From Bacteroidia bacterium (GTDB lineage Bacteria; Bacteroidota; Bacteroidia; M30B66), in NCBI GenBank assembly GCA_965279035.1, contig OZ257142.1:3968001-4032000 (forward strand): a stretch of DNA of 64,000 nucleotides. The letters run 5' to 3'. Both the position numbers and the translations under genes were made by a program. How positions within the stretch are numbered: position 1 is the stretch's first letter; every line of letters begins with the position of its first letter. The notes below the pieces were generated by a model. That model saw nothing but the letters and a program-made list of their open reading frames with translations. It ran no database searches and was not told where the DNA came from. This document shows positions 37,052-47,655 of this stretch, one piece after another.

Positions 37052-39385
37052 ATGCCCCAACCTTTTCGAATACTCTTTTTACTGCTCATTTTCTCTTGGG
37101 CAAGTAGAACTCTTCAAGCTCAGAATCTCAGTATCAGTGGCACTTTAACCGATATCAAATCGGGCGAACAGCTTGTTGGTGCGCTGGTCACGGTGAAAGA
37201 ATTACCCGGTACAGGCGTTGCAGCCAATAGCTATGGATATTATTCTTTGCAACTCAAACCGGGATCCTATACGCTCGTTTTCAGTTATATCGGTTATACA
37301 TCGCGAAACGAATCAATCACCTTGGTCGATAAAAATTTGTATCGAAATATTGCACTCGAACAAGTTGGTAGAGAGATAAAAGAAGTTGAAATAAAAGGGG
37401 AAAGGCCCGATGAAAACCTAACTCGCGTGCAAATGGGTGTGGAAAAACTATCACCCCGTGAAATAAAAACGATTCCCGTATTATTTGGCGAGCAAGATGT
37501 TCTCAAAACATTGCAATTATTACCCGGTGTGAAAGGCGCTGGTGAAGGAAATGCCGGATTTTACGTTCGCGGTGGTGCTGCTGATCAAAACTTGATTCTT
37601 TTGGACGAAGCTCCTGTGTACAATGCTTCGCACTTACTCGGATTTTTTTCGGTGTTTAATTCTGATGCGATCAAAGATGTAACACTTTACAAAAGTGCCA
37701 TGCCAGCTGAATTTGGTGGTAGAGTTTCTTCTGTGCTCGATGTGAAAATGAACGATGGAAATCAAAAACGATTCAACGCATTAGGTGGTGTTGGGTTGAT
37801 TTCTTCGCGTTTAACCATCGAAGCTCCAGTGATAAAAGATCGTAGTTCCTTGATTGTTTCAGGGAGAAGAACCTATGCCGATATGTTCCTCAAGCTTTCA
37901 AATAAGGAAGACCTTCGAAAATCAAAACTTTATTTCTACGATCTGAATGCGAAATTCAATTATAAAATCAACGATAAAAACCGCATTTATGTAAGTGGAT
38001 ATTTTGGACGTGATAATTTTGGATTCTCCGATGTGTTTAAGTTTAGTTGGGGAAATACAACCGCTACTGCTCGATGGAATCACTTGTTTTCGGATAAATT
38101 ATTCTCCAATACTTCAGCTATTTATAGCAATTACGATTATCAAATTTCTCTTACCGCAGGTGAAGATGAAGTCAATATTTCATCCACCATACGCGATATC
38201 AACCTCAAACAAGACTACCAGTATTTTGCAAATAATCGTCACACAATTAAATTCGGTTGGAATAGTATTTACCACACCTTTTTACCCGGAAAAATTGATG
38301 CTACCGGAGCTTTTAGTAATGTGATTTCAAACGAAAATCGCTATGCATGGGAAAACGCGGTATATGGAAGTGATGAGTGGAAAGTCAATGGATTAATAAC
38401 CATCAGCTATGGATTGCGGATGAGCGAATTCAGTTATCTCGGCCCTGGAACAATTTACACCTATACCAAAGAAGGATATATTGCTACCGAACGTTATGCT
38501 AAAAAAGGAGAACTCGTTAAAAGTTACCTGAATGCAGAACCCCGACTAAGTGCTAATTACCACATCGACGAAAAACAAAGCATCAAAGGAGCCTATGCGC
38601 GTACTGTGCAGAATTTGCATTTATTGTCGAACACAACCTCTGGAAATCCAACAGATATCTGGGTTCCAAGTTCCAATAACGTGAAACCGGAATTATGTGA
38701 TCAATATTCAGTTGGTTATTTCCGGAATTTCAAAGAGAATATGTTTGAATTTTCTGCAGAAACGTATTACAAATGGATGCAGAATCAAATTGATTATCGC
38801 AATGGTGCTGAGTTAACGTTTAATCAACAGGTTGAAGGTGAACTCGTTTATGGTGTTGGAAGAGCTTACGGACTTGAATTATTAATCCGAAAAAAATTAG
38901 GCAAATTCACTGGTTGGGTTGGTTATACTCTTTCTCGTACCGAACGGAAATTTGATGAGATTAATGATGGGAAATACTTTGCTGCTCGACAAGATCGCAC
39001 TCACGATATTTCCATTGTGGCGATGTATGCCTTGAATAAAAAATTCTCCTTATCAGCTAACTGGGTGTATTATACCGGAAATGCGGTGACCTTCCCAAGT
39101 GGTAAATATCAGGTGGATGGACAAACCGTGAACTACTATACTGAACGAAACGGTTACCGAATGCCTGCTTATCACCGACTCGATTTAGGCTTGACTTGGT
39201 ACCGTAAAAGTACCGACACATACGAATCGAATTGGAACTTCAGTATTTACAATGCTTACGCACGGCGAAACGCTTACACAATTAGCTTCCGCGATAGCGA
39301 AACAAATCCCGGAACCACCGAAGCTGTAAAACTCTCATTATTTCGCATGGTTCCTTCAATCACCTATAATTTTCATTTCAAATGA
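37052..39385 (+). CDS. TonB-dependent receptor with carboxypeptidase-regulatory-like N-domain
   Basis: FGEQDVLKTLQLLPGV, VRGGAADQNLILLD, FGGRVSSV, AYGLELL, YHRLDL, PSITYNFHF; start adjusted to ATG 37052. Confidence 0.92.
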   Translation: MPQPFRILFLLLIFSWASRTLQAQNLSISGTLTDIKSGEQLVGALVTVKELPGTGVAANSYGYYSLQLKPGSYTLVFSYIGYTSRNESITLVDKNLYRNIALEQVGREIKEVEIKGERPDENLTRVQMGVEKLSPREIKTIPVLFGEQDVLKTLQLLPGVKGAGEGNAGFYVRGGAADQNLILLDEAPVYNASHLLGFFSVFNSDAIKDVTLYKSAMPAEFGGRVSSVLDVKMNDGNQKRFNALGGVGLISSRLTIEAPVIKDRSSLIVSGRRTYADMFLKLSNKEDLRKSKLYFYDLNAKFNYKINDKNRIYVSGYFGRDNFGFSDVFKFSWGNTTATARWNHLFSDKLFSNTSAIYSNYDYQISLTAGEDEVNISSTIRDINLKQDYQYFANNRHTIKFGWNSIYHTFLPGKIDATGAFSNVISNENRYAWENAVYGSDEWKVNGLITISYGLRMSEFSYLGPGTIYTYTKEGYIATERYAKKGELVKSYLNAEPRLSANYHIDEKQSIKGAYARTVQNLHLLSNTTSGNPTDIWVPSSNNVKPELCDQYSVGYFRNFKENMFEFSAETYYKWMQNQIDYRNGAELTFNQQVEGELVYGVGRAYGLELLIRKKLGKFTGWVGYTLSRTERKFDEINDGKYFAARQDRTHDISIVAMYALNKKFSLSANWVYYTGNAVTFPSGKYQVDGQTVNYYTERNGYRMPAYHRLDLGLTWYRKSTDTYESNWNFSIYNAYARRNAYTISFRDSETNPGTTEAVKLSLFRMVPSITYNFHFK

Positions 39386-40179
39386 TCCATTTAGCTAAAT
39401 ATATCAATGCATTTTTACTTCTCATTCTTGCATTAAGCAGTTGTGAAAAAGTGATTGATTTGCCTTTACGTGATAGTGATGCCCGCTTAGTGATTGAAGG
39501 TGGAATTACTGATGATTCCGGATCATGCAGCGTGCGACTCTCTCGAGTAGTAAACTACAGCGAAAGCAATGATCCGAAACTCGTATCAGGTGCTTCAGTA
39601 AGTCTCTTCGATAATGGAAGCGAGTTCGCGCTTCCAGAAATTCAAACTGGAATCTACGCGAATCCTCAACTCAAAGGAATTCCAGGACATGAATATCGCT
39701 TGGTCGTTACTGTTGATGGGACTACGTATTCCTCAACCAGCGTCATGAATAGCAAAGTGGAGATTGATTCGTTGAGTTTAGAAAAGCAGTCGTTTTTCTT
39801 CGATACTTCTTTAGTTACTCATGTACATTTTACCGATCCTGCTGGAATTGAAAACTATTATCGCTATCGTTTTCGTTTGGGAGATACATTGAGTAAAGAC
39901 ATCCAAATTGATCGTGATTTATTTTTCGATGGACAAGATATTGACCAGCCACTTTTTGGAGGTGGTGGAAAGCCTCATCCTGGAGATACCATTTTCGTTG
40001 AGCTTTGGGGAATTGATAAAGGCGTTTATGAATATTATAATACACTCAATGGAATTCTAGGCGGTGCAGGACCATCAGTGGCTTCACCTGCAAATCCAAC
40101 TAGTAATATTACTGGTGGGGCGATGGGTTATTTTTCGGCCTATACTATTTCCAGAAGCTGGATAATTCCACACCCTTGA
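39382..40179 (+). CDS. DUF4249 family lipoprotein
   Basis: LSSCEKVIDL, RLVIEG, FTDPAGIENYY, PANPTSNITGGAMGYFSA; ATGA overlap with the receptor. Confidence 0.88.
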   Translation: MIHLAKYINAFLLLILALSSCEKVIDLPLRDSDARLVIEGGITDDSGSCSVRLSRVVNYSESNDPKLVSGASVSLFDNGSEFALPEIQTGIYANPQLKGIPGHEYRLVVTVDGTTYSSTSVMNSKVEIDSLSLEKQSFFFDTSLVTHVHFTDPAGIENYYRYRFRLGDTLSKDIQIDRDLFFDGQDIDQPLFGGGGKPHPGDTIFVELWGIDKGVYEYYNTLNGILGGAGPSVASPANPTSNITGGAMGYFSAYTISRSWIIPHP

Positions 40180-40189
40180 CAGGAATTTT

Positions 40190-40633
40190 CTATAAATAAA
40201 CGTTCAGAAATAGAAGGGAACTCTGAGCGACAATAGCGTAAAAATTAAATCGAAACTGCTCATTCTTCCAAAGCTGTTGATGCTTACTTTTTTTCAAATA
40301 GAAAATGGTGCAGATTGGAAGAATTAAAATCAATCCAATTAGGAAATTAAATTCAGCCATTCGTTTTATTCCTATCCAAAACACTGGAATAAATACGAGT
40401 ATTAATACAAACCAATATACAATAGAAAGGTAGCTTTTATTGACTTTTTCAGATGAAAATGTTAGTTGAAAAATAGATGGTATTGCAAGAATGAAAGAGC
40501 GAATAATTAAAAATAATTGAGGCAACCAAGTACTTCGTGAAACACCTTGAACTATTTCAATTATCCAAACAGAAATAACCAAGCAGGTGAAAACTACATT
40601 GACAAATGCTATTGATTTAGGAATCATTCTCAT
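40190..40633 (-). CDS. Hypothetical membrane protein
   Basis: 147-aa ORF with about five hydrophobic segments; AT-rich. Confidence 0.55.
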   Translation of the reverse strand: MRMIPKSIAFVNVVFTCLVISVWIIEIVQGVSRSTWLPQLFLIIRSFILAIPSIFQLTFSSEKVNKSYLSIVYWFVLILVFIPVFWIGIKRMAEFNFLIGLILILPICTIFYLKKSKHQQLWKNEQFRFNFYAIVAQSSLLFLNVYL

Positions 40634-40852
40634 GTATTCAGTTGGTTAATTTATGAATATTGAATGAAGCCATATTTACAATAATCTTTGATTCACAAGC
40701 TTATCAAGAATAAAGTAATTTAAATCGAAAAAGCTGTTTATTCCAAAGTAAAAACCTTTGATTTCTGTTTAAGAGAAATAGTGTGGATTGATTTACAATA
40801 CTAAGAGAATAGATTAAAGTAACCATAGCAAAAAAAGATCGTATCATTGGAT

Positions 40853-40877
40853 TGTACGTAATATATCCGTACATTTA
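40853..40877 (+). promoter_or_regulatory. Inverted-repeat operator overlapping the -7 box of the DUF1778-GNAT operon
   Basis: TGTACG-N9-CGTACA (40853-40873) overlapping TACATTTA (40870-40877). Confidence 0.65.
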
Positions 40878-40913
40878 CAAATAAACACGATTGGGAGCTC
40901 ATCACAATTACAT

Positions 40914-41201
40914 ATGAAAACATCAGATAAAGCAAGATTCGATACGCGTCTTCCCAAAGAACAGAAAGAGCTTTTTGAATATGCTGCACAAATAGGCGGT
41001 TTCAGGAACTTAACAGATTATGTTATAAACGTTCTATTGGAGAAATCAACATTAATCATTGAAAGACACAATACACTATTGGAAACAAAGAGAGATCAAG
41101 AATTATTTTTTGATGCTATAACAAAGGACATTGAACCCAATACTACTTTACAATTAGCTGCAACTAAGTATAAAAAATTAATTAAAAAATTAAATGGATA
41201 A
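40914..41201 (+). CDS. DUF1778 ribbon-helix-helix antitoxin (TacA/AtaR-like)
   Basis: ARFDTRLPKEQKELFEYAA, LTDYV, FFDAI...EPN..L..A. Confidence 0.9.
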   Translation: MKTSDKARFDTRLPKEQKELFEYAAQIGGFRNLTDYVINVLLEKSTLIIERHNTLLETKRDQELFFDAITKDIEPNTTLQLAATKYKKLIKKLNG

Positions 41202-41703
41202 TTCTTATTTAACGCATGTTTTAAACCCATCACACATAAAAGAGTATTTCGATTGCACAAAGGATTTATTGAATGGATATATACGTAAACAAGCAAGTCA
41301 AGATGTTAAAAGAAGAATTTCAGCTTGTTTTGTTATTGTTGATGAAAATAATTTAGTTAAAGGATATTATACTCTTTCAAGTGCGAGTATTCAACGAGAG
41401 CTTCTCCCTTTGAAAATCATTAAAAAACTTCCAGAATCATATACAGATTTGCCAGTTACCTTGTTAGGTAGATTAGCTGTAGATAAAAATGAATTTGGAA
41501 AAGGCTTAGGAGAGATGCTATTGCTTGATGCCTTGAAGAGGTCGTTTGATGCTTCCATTCGAACTATTGGATCAATGGCTGTGATTGTCGATCCAATTGA
41601 CAAGGAAGCAATGAATTTTTACAATAAGTATGGCTTTATTTTAATTCCAGATAGTGGCAAGATGTTTCTAACAATGAAAACAATTGCGAAACTATTTGAA
41701 TAA
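41194..41703 (+). CDS. GNAT toxin (TacT/AtaT-like tRNA acetyltransferase family)
   Basis: FDCT..LLNGYIRKQASQD, GYYTLS, LLGRLAVD..GKGLG..LLLDAL, VIVDPID..A.NFY.KYGF; overlaps antitoxin. Confidence 0.9.
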   Translation: MDNSYLTHVLNPSHIKEYFDCTKDLLNGYIRKQASQDVKRRISACFVIVDENNLVKGYYTLSSASIQRELLPLKIIKKLPESYTDLPVTLLGRLAVDKNEFGKGLGEMLLLDALKRSFDASIRTIGSMAVIVDPIDKEAMNFYNKYGFILIPDSGKMFLTMKTIAKLFE

Positions 41704-41720
41704 AAGAAAAGGTGGTTTGA

Positions 41721-42434
41721 CTATGCTAATTTTCGCACATCATACCATCCATTTTTGAATGATTGCTGATTGACGAAAAGCGAAATAATTGTTTTTGCAA
41801 CTTCATCTGCAGAAGATAAAATCTTGTTCTCTTTTAGTTCGATAAAACGTTCCTGTTTCGAAAACTGCTTCGGCTTACTTGATCGAATTTCTTCCTGCAT
41901 TTTAGTATCTATCACACCAGGAGCAATGGAATACAAGCGTGTTTGAAAATCATTGCGGATTTCGCGTTCAAGGATACATGATTCAATGACCATATCCATA
42001 GCTGCTTTACTGCCACAATACATACTCCAGCCATCATAGGCTTCTTGTGATGCACCACTACTTATGGAAAGAACCGTTCGTTTTCTTCCTTCCGTTTGGG
42101 AGATAAATCGATTTAAGATGACACTTGATGCAATCACATTCAAAATCAATCCTGACTCTAAGCCTTCATTGGAAACTTCACCCAAATAACCTATCTCACC
42201 GAGTGTTGCTGCATTATTAATTAACAGAAATTCTTCCGCCGAATCATCAACATGTAAATCTACAGTAACAGCAATTCCAGCTTTCGATAAATCAGCAATC
42301 ACCGAAGTATAATTTGAATGTTCGATTGAATGCGTGCGTGAAATCCCAACCACATTCCAGCCTTCTTGCAAAAGTTCTTCAGCTAGTGCTTTTCCTAATC
42401 CACGCGAAGTGCCGGTGATGATTGCCTGTTTCAC
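41721..42434 (-). CDS. SDR family oxidoreductase (benzil/sepiapterin reductase-like)
   Basis: TGTSRGLG, LINNA, ISSGA, YCGSKAA, APGVIDTKMQ. Confidence 0.9.
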   Translation of the reverse strand: MKQAIITGTSRGLGKALAEELLQEGWNVVGISRTHSIEHSNYTSVIADLSKAGIAVTVDLHVDDSAEEFLLINNAATLGEIGYLGEVSNEGLESGLILNVIASSVILNRFISQTEGRKRTVLSISSGASQEAYDGWSMYCGSKAAMDMVIESCILEREIRNDFQTRLYSIAPGVIDTKMQEEIRSSKPKQFSKQERFIELKENKILSSADEVAKTIISLFVNQQSFKNGWYDVRKLA

Positions 42435-43576
42435 ACCTTAGCTAAAGCGACATCTATATCAGCTAACAGATCTTCAACGTCCTCAATTCCTACCGAAAGT
42501 CGAATCAATCCTTCCACTACTCCAATGCGATCGCGCTCAGCTTTTGGAATCGAAGCATGCGTCATGGATGAGGGATGATTGACCAAAGATTCCACACCAC
42601 CCAAACTTTCTGCTAATGCAAATAAATTGGTGTTCGTCAAGAACCGACGAGCAGCTTCTCCCGATTCATCCTTCAACGTAAAACTCATCATTCCACCAAA
42701 ATCGCGCATTTGCTTTTTAGCAATAGCATGATTCGGATGATCTTCAAATCCTGGCCAATACACTTTGCCAACTTTCGGATGATTGCGCAAATGATTGGCT
42801 ATGATGCGCCCGTTTTCGCAATGTGCTTTCATACGAACGTGCAGTGTTTTCAAGCCTCGCAATACTAGAAAACAATCCATCGGTCCGGGAACCGCGCCGC
42901 AGCTTTTCTGAATAAAATAGAGTTTCTCGCGTAATGCCGGATCGTTCATCATCAAGCAACCATGAATTAAATCACTATGTCCTCCAAGGTATTTTGTACC
43001 CGAATGCAAAACGATATCAGCTCCTAGATCCAATGGATTCTGTAGCCAAGGTGTTGCGAAGGTATTGTCAACTGTTAAGAGGATATTTTTTCCTTTCAAT
43101 ATCGCTGCAACAGCTGCAATATCAGTAATGCTCATCAGCGGATTGGTAGGAGTTTCGGTCCAAACCAAGCGTGTTTTATCATTAATAAGCGGACGAATAT
43201 TCTCAGGATTTCCCATGTTCACAAAGTGAAATCGGATTCCCATTGGCTCGTAAATCTTAGTAAACAAACGATACGTTCCACCATACATATCGTCGGCAGC
43301 AATCACTTCATCACCCGGAAGCAACAACTTCATCACTGTATCAGTTGCTGCTACACCACTGCCGAAACTTAAGCCAAATGCCGCATTTTCTATAGCAGCC
43401 AAACAATCTTCCAGCGCCTTACGTGTAGGATTCTGTGAACGCGCATACTCATAGCCTTTGTGTGTTGCCGGAGCTTCTTGCACGTAGGTAGAAGTTTGGT
43501 AAATGGGCGTCATGATGGCACCAGTACTTGGATCGGGCGCTTGTCCGGCGTGAATGAGTTTGGTAGCGAGTTTCAT
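42431..43576 (-). CDS. Cystathionine gamma-synthase/lyase family PLP enzyme
   Basis: PIYQTSTY, YGGTYR, ETPTNP, VDNTFATP, HSGTKYLGGHSD, AESLGGVESL, RLSVGIED; start adjusted to ATG 43576. Confidence 0.93.
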   Translation of the reverse strand: MKLATKLIHAGQAPDPSTGAIMTPIYQTSTYVQEAPATHKGYEYARSQNPTRKALEDCLAAIENAAFGLSFGSGVAATDTVMKLLLPGDEVIAADDMYGGTYRLFTKIYEPMGIRFHFVNMGNPENIRPLINDKTRLVWTETPTNPLMSITDIAAVAAILKGKNILLTVDNTFATPWLQNPLDLGADIVLHSGTKYLGGHSDLIHGCLMMNDPALREKLYFIQKSCGAVPGPMDCFLVLRGLKTLHVRMKAHCENGRIIANHLRNHPKVGKVYWPGFEDHPNHAIAKKQMRDFGGMMSFTLKDESGEAARRFLTNTNLFALAESLGGVESLVNHPSSMTHASIPKAERDRIGVVEGLIRLSVGIEDVEDLLADIDVALAKV

Positions 43577-43642
43577 TGAATTGAATGTGTTGCTTGATTC
43601 CTGAAACCGAAAACCGATTTTCAAGAAGAATATAAATTCCTG

Positions 43643-44908
43643 TTATGATGCAGGTAAAATCGTGGTTATTACTTCCCCAAAGCCAATACGTACTTGTTCG
43701 TTTTTCGCATAGGCTTTCATAATCACTGTATCGTGATCTTGAATGAATTTACGCTCGGTATTATTGGGCAGTTTGAGCGGTTCTGTTCCGCGCCATGTGA
43801 GTTCTAACATAGAACCAAAACTATCGCGAATGGGTCCGCTAATCGTACCGGAAGCATACAAATCACCAACTTGAATATTGCAACCATTGGATGCCTGATG
43901 GGTGAGTTGTTGTACCATATTCCAGTACATGTATTTGAAATTGGAATGCACTATACGTGCAGCATTGAAACGTTGTGTTTCCAATAACACTTCCAACTCG
44001 ATATCGTAATTATGAGAACCCTTGAACTGCAAGTAGGGCAATGGTTTCGGATCTTGAACGGGGCCTTCTACTCGGAAAGGTTCCAAGGCATCCAGACTCA
44101 CAACCCAAGCACTTACACTCGAAGCAAAACTCTTAGCTAAAAACGGCCCGAGTGGCACATATTCCCAGCTTTGCATATCGCGTGCACTCCAATCGTTGAA
44201 GAGCACCATTCCATAAATATAATCTTCGGCTTCGCTAATATTAACTGGAGTTCCGAGTGGATTCGAGCGACAAGTAACAAAAGCCATCTCCAATTCAAAA
44301 TCGAGCTGTTGCGTTGGACCAAATGATGGAGAATCCTGATCGGCTGCTTTGGTTTGTCCTTTCGGACGTTTCACCGGTGTGCCGCTTAAAATGATAGAAG
44401 AAGCGCGACCGTGATATCCGATTGGAATGTGTTTCCAATTAGGTAAGAGTGCATTCGCAGGATCACGAAACATGCTTCCAACATTGGTTGCATGTTCGAT
44501 GCTTGAATAGAAATCGGTGTAATTACCCACTTTCAATGGCATGCATACTTCCACCTGAGAAATAGGTAACAAACAGGATTCGCGCAAGTCAACGTCTTTA
44601 CGTAAGTCGTTGTGTTTATCATCGAGCAAACGAGAAATACGATTACGCAAATCACGCATCAAGTCTTTCCCTAATGCAATGCAGGCATTGATAGAATCTT
44701 GTTCGAAAATCTGTTGAACGAAATCCACTCCTAGCAATCCACTTTTATTCAACACCGCTAAATCGAGCACATGATCGCCAATGCGCGTTGCCACATGATG
44801 ATGCTCGTTAATACAGATAACACCCAAAGGAAGATTCTGTATTGGGAAATCGGAATTTTCAGGAACTGGAACCCATGAACGTAAATTAGGATCGTTAGCG
44901 CGTATCAT
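43643..44908 (-). CDS. fahA: Fumarylacetoacetase
   Basis: DFPIQNLP, YTDFYSSIEHATNVG, YHGRASS, LDFELE, NDWSARD, EYVPLGPF, SGTISG. Confidence 0.95.
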   Translation of the reverse strand: MIRANDPNLRSWVPVPENSDFPIQNLPLGVICINEHHHVATRIGDHVLDLAVLNKSGLLGVDFVQQIFEQDSINACIALGKDLMRDLRNRISRLLDDKHNDLRKDVDLRESCLLPISQVEVCMPLKVGNYTDFYSSIEHATNVGSMFRDPANALLPNWKHIPIGYHGRASSIILSGTPVKRPKGQTKAADQDSPSFGPTQQLDFELEMAFVTCRSNPLGTPVNISEAEDYIYGMVLFNDWSARDMQSWEYVPLGPFLAKSFASSVSAWVVSLDALEPFRVEGPVQDPKPLPYLQFKGSHNYDIELEVLLETQRFNAARIVHSNFKYMYWNMVQQLTHQASNGCNIQVGDLYASGTISGPIRDSFGSMLELTWRGTEPLKLPNNTERKFIQDHDTVIMKAYAKNEQVRIGFGEVITTILPAS

Positions 44909-44944
44909 ATAGGATAGATTTTTTAATTGAAATCAGCTTTTTTA

Positions 44945-46216
44945 TTAGGCAAATAGAGGATAATCTCCCATCAACTTATTCACTTTCTTTCCAATCGATG
45001 CTAGTTTTTTATCATCCGTATGATTCACAATGGCTTCATCAATCCAATTTACAATCTGCGGAATTTCCTTTTCGGTAATTCCTCGTGTAGTGATTGCAGC
45101 TGTTCCCACACGAATTCCAGAAGTCACAAAAGGTGATTTATCATCAAATGGAACCATGTTTTTATTCACGGTGATATCGGCTTTTCCTAAGGCAATTTCA
45201 GCTTCTTTTCCTGTCACATTCTTCGAGCGCATATCAATCAACATCAGGTGATTATCCGTTCCTCCAGAAATTATATTATAGCCTTTTTTCACGAGTGCTT
45301 TTGCCATCACCTGTGCATTTTTCTGCACACGTAAAATATAATCCATGTAATCATCTGTCAATGCTTCACCAAATGCAACCGCTTTAGCTGCAATGATATG
45401 CTCCAAAGGTCCACCTTGAGTTCCCGGAAATACACCAGAATCAAGCAATGCCGACATCATCCGTAATTCACCTTTCGGCGTTTTCAAACCAAATGGATTT
45501 TCGAAATCTTGTCCCATCATAATCACTCCTCCACGCGGTCCACGAAGGGTTTTATGCGTGGTTGAAGTCACAATATGGCAATGTGGAAGTGGATCGTTTA
45601 ATAAGCCTTTAGCGATGAGTCCGGATGGATGTGAAATATCGGCTAACAATAAAGCTCCAACAGAATCTGCAATAGCACGCAAACGGACATAATCCCAATC
45701 ACGACTATAAGCAGAAGCTCCGCAAATAATCATTTTAGGTTTTTCTTTTTTGGCCGTTTTCTCCACTTTATCCCAATCAATCAAACCGGTTTCGCGCTCA
45801 ACACCATAGAATGAAGGCTGATATAATTTACCTGAGAAATTCACCGGTGAGCCATGCGTTAAATGTCCGCCATGACTTAGATCAAAGCCTAAAATTTTAT
45901 CACCCGGATTCAAGCAAGCTAACATGACAGCTGCATTAGCCTGCGCTCCCGAATGCGGCTGTACGTTTGCCCATGTAGCATTAAACAAGGTTTTCAGACG
46001 ATTGATCGCGATATTTTCAATTTCATCTACCCATTCACAACCACCATAATACCGCTTGCCCGGAAGTCCTTCGGCATACTTGTTCGTTAACACCGAACCA
46101 GCTGCTTTCATCACCTGATTACTCACATAATTCTCGGATGCAATCAGCTCTATTCCTACCGTTTGGCGATGAAGTTCCTCATCGATCAATTCAAAAATTA
46201 CCTTGTCTTTTTTCAT
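44945..46216 (-). CDS. glyA: Serine hydroxymethyltransferase
   Basis: [47 protein letters not shown]; start adjusted to ATG 46216. Confidence 0.98.
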   Translation of the reverse strand: MKKDKVIFELIDEELHRQTVGIELIASENYVSNQVMKAAGSVLTNKYAEGLPGKRYYGGCEWVDEIENIAINRLKTLFNATWANVQPHSGAQANAAVMLACLNPGDKILGFDLSHGGHLTHGSPVNFSGKLYQPSFYGVERETGLIDWDKVEKTAKKEKPKMIICGASAYSRDWDYVRLRAIADSVGALLLADISHPSGLIAKGLLNDPLPHCHIVTSTTHKTLRGPRGGVIMMGQDFENPFGLKTPKGELRMMSALLDSGVFPGTQGGPLEHIIAAKAVAFGEALTDDYMDYILRVQKNAQVMAKALVKKGYNIISGGTDNHLMLIDMRSKNVTGKEAEIALGKADITVNKNMVPFDDKSPFVTSGIRVGTAAITTRGITEKEIPQIVNWIDEAIVNHTDDKKLASIGKKVNKLMGDYPLFA

Positions 46217-46269
46217 GCTGTGTGGTTCAAACGAGGGCAAAAATAGTGTTTTGAAGCAGACAACACCGA

Positions 46270-46640
46270 ATGATTTTTTAATAACCCAATACTAGCTTTT
46301 TACACATCTGCAGCATCCATCCCCCAGCATCTCCGGACTTCAGTCCGGAGTGATTTTTTTGTCCCCCAATCCAAGCATATTACCCATCTGTTACATCCAT
46401 CCTCCCAGCACCTCCGGACTTCAGTCTGATAAGATTTTTTTGTCCCCCAATCCAAGCATATTACCCATCTGTTGCATCCATCCCCCCAGCACCTCCGGAC
46501 TTCAGTCCGGAGACTCTTCTAGCATAAAATTCCAGAAGAGCCATTTGCCTTTTGCAATCTACTAGCATCTATACTCGAGCTTGCTAGCTAGAGAATGTGA
46601 GATTGTGGTATGAATGCTACGACTGAAGTCCGAGCTTGCT
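46270..46640 (-). repeat. Tandem array of three REP-containing 81-bp units plus one degenerate copy
   Basis: CTCCGGACTTCAGTC(CGGAG) at 46331, 46412 and 46493, each preceded by CATCCATCC...CCAGCA; GACTGAAGTCCGAG at 46621. Confidence 0.9.
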
Positions 46641-46664
46641 ACATTTGCACTTTAACTTCCTCCC

Positions 46665-47612
46665 ATGAACAATCGCATCACCCAACTTTTTGGAATTCAA
46701 TATCCTATTATTCAAGCCGGAATGATTTGGTGCAGTGGATGGGAACTGGCTTCGGCGGTGAGTAATGCAGGTGGATTGGGAATTATTGGTGCAGGTTCGA
46801 TGTATCCGGATGTTTTACGTGAGCAAATTAAGAAATGCCAAGCTGCTACCGATAAGCCTTTCGGGGTGAATATTCCACTACTCTACCCCAACATTGAGGA
46901 GCACATGAATATTCTGGTAGAAACGGGTGTGAAGATCGTTTTTACTTCCGCTGGAAATCCTGCTACCTGGACTTCTTGGCTTAAAGAGCGCGGTATGACG
47001 GTAGTTCACGTGATTGCGAATACCAAATTTGCACTTAAATGTGAAGCTGCTGGAGTAGATGCGATTGTGGCAGAAGGCTTCGAAGCAGGCGGACATAATG
47101 GTCGTGAAGAAACTACCACTTTAGTGTTGATTCCACTCATCCGCCAGGCGGTTAAAATTCCACTCATTGCTGCAGGAGGAATTGGAAATGGTGCACAAAT
47201 GGCGGCTTGTTTGGCTTTAGGTGCCGAAGCGGTGCAGATTGGAAGTCGCTTTGTGGCTACACCCGAATCGTCGGGACATGAGGCGTTTAAGCAACGTGTC
47301 ATTTCATCTGCCGAAGGCGATACCCAACTTTCTCTAAAAACATTAACACCAGTTCGCTTGTTGAAGAATTCCTTTGCCCAAAACATCCAACAGGCAGAAG
47401 CTCAAGGTGCATCGAAAGAAACCTTAATCGAAATGCTCGGTCGCGGAAGAGCAAAAAAGGGAATGTTCGAAGGTGAAATGGAAGAGGGTGAACTCGAGAT
47501 TGGACAAGTAAGCAGCCTCATTCGAGAAATAAAACCTGCTGCTGAAGTCGTTTTGGAAATAATGAATGATTGCAAAGCCGCCATTCAACACTGCTATCAA
47601 CTAATACACTAA
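46665..47612 (+). CDS. Nitronate monooxygenase / FabK-like flavin oxidoreductase
   Basis: YPIIQAGM, AVSNAGGLG, VAEGFEAGGHNG, IAAGGI, QIGSRF, EIGQV; TACATTTG box at 46640-46647. Confidence 0.9.
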   Translation: MNNRITQLFGIQYPIIQAGMIWCSGWELASAVSNAGGLGIIGAGSMYPDVLREQIKKCQAATDKPFGVNIPLLYPNIEEHMNILVETGVKIVFTSAGNPATWTSWLKERGMTVVHVIANTKFALKCEAAGVDAIVAEGFEAGGHNGREETTTLVLIPLIRQAVKIPLIAAGGIGNGAQMAACLALGAEAVQIGSRFVATPESSGHEAFKQRVISSAEGDTQLSLKTLTPVRLLKNSFAQNIQQAEAQGASKETLIEMLGRGRAKKGMFEGEMEEGELEIGQVSSLIREIKPAAEVVLEIMNDCKAAIQHCYQLIH

Positions 47613-47655
47613 TAAATTAATTGTAATTACTTGTTGAACTCTATCAGTCATAGAA

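Noticed and set aside
46350-46565. 71-aa ORF with an internal repeat; also ORFs 58961-59188, 3918-4106 and 14103-14291
   Set aside because: These are translations of non-coding tandem/REP repeats with no protein-like features
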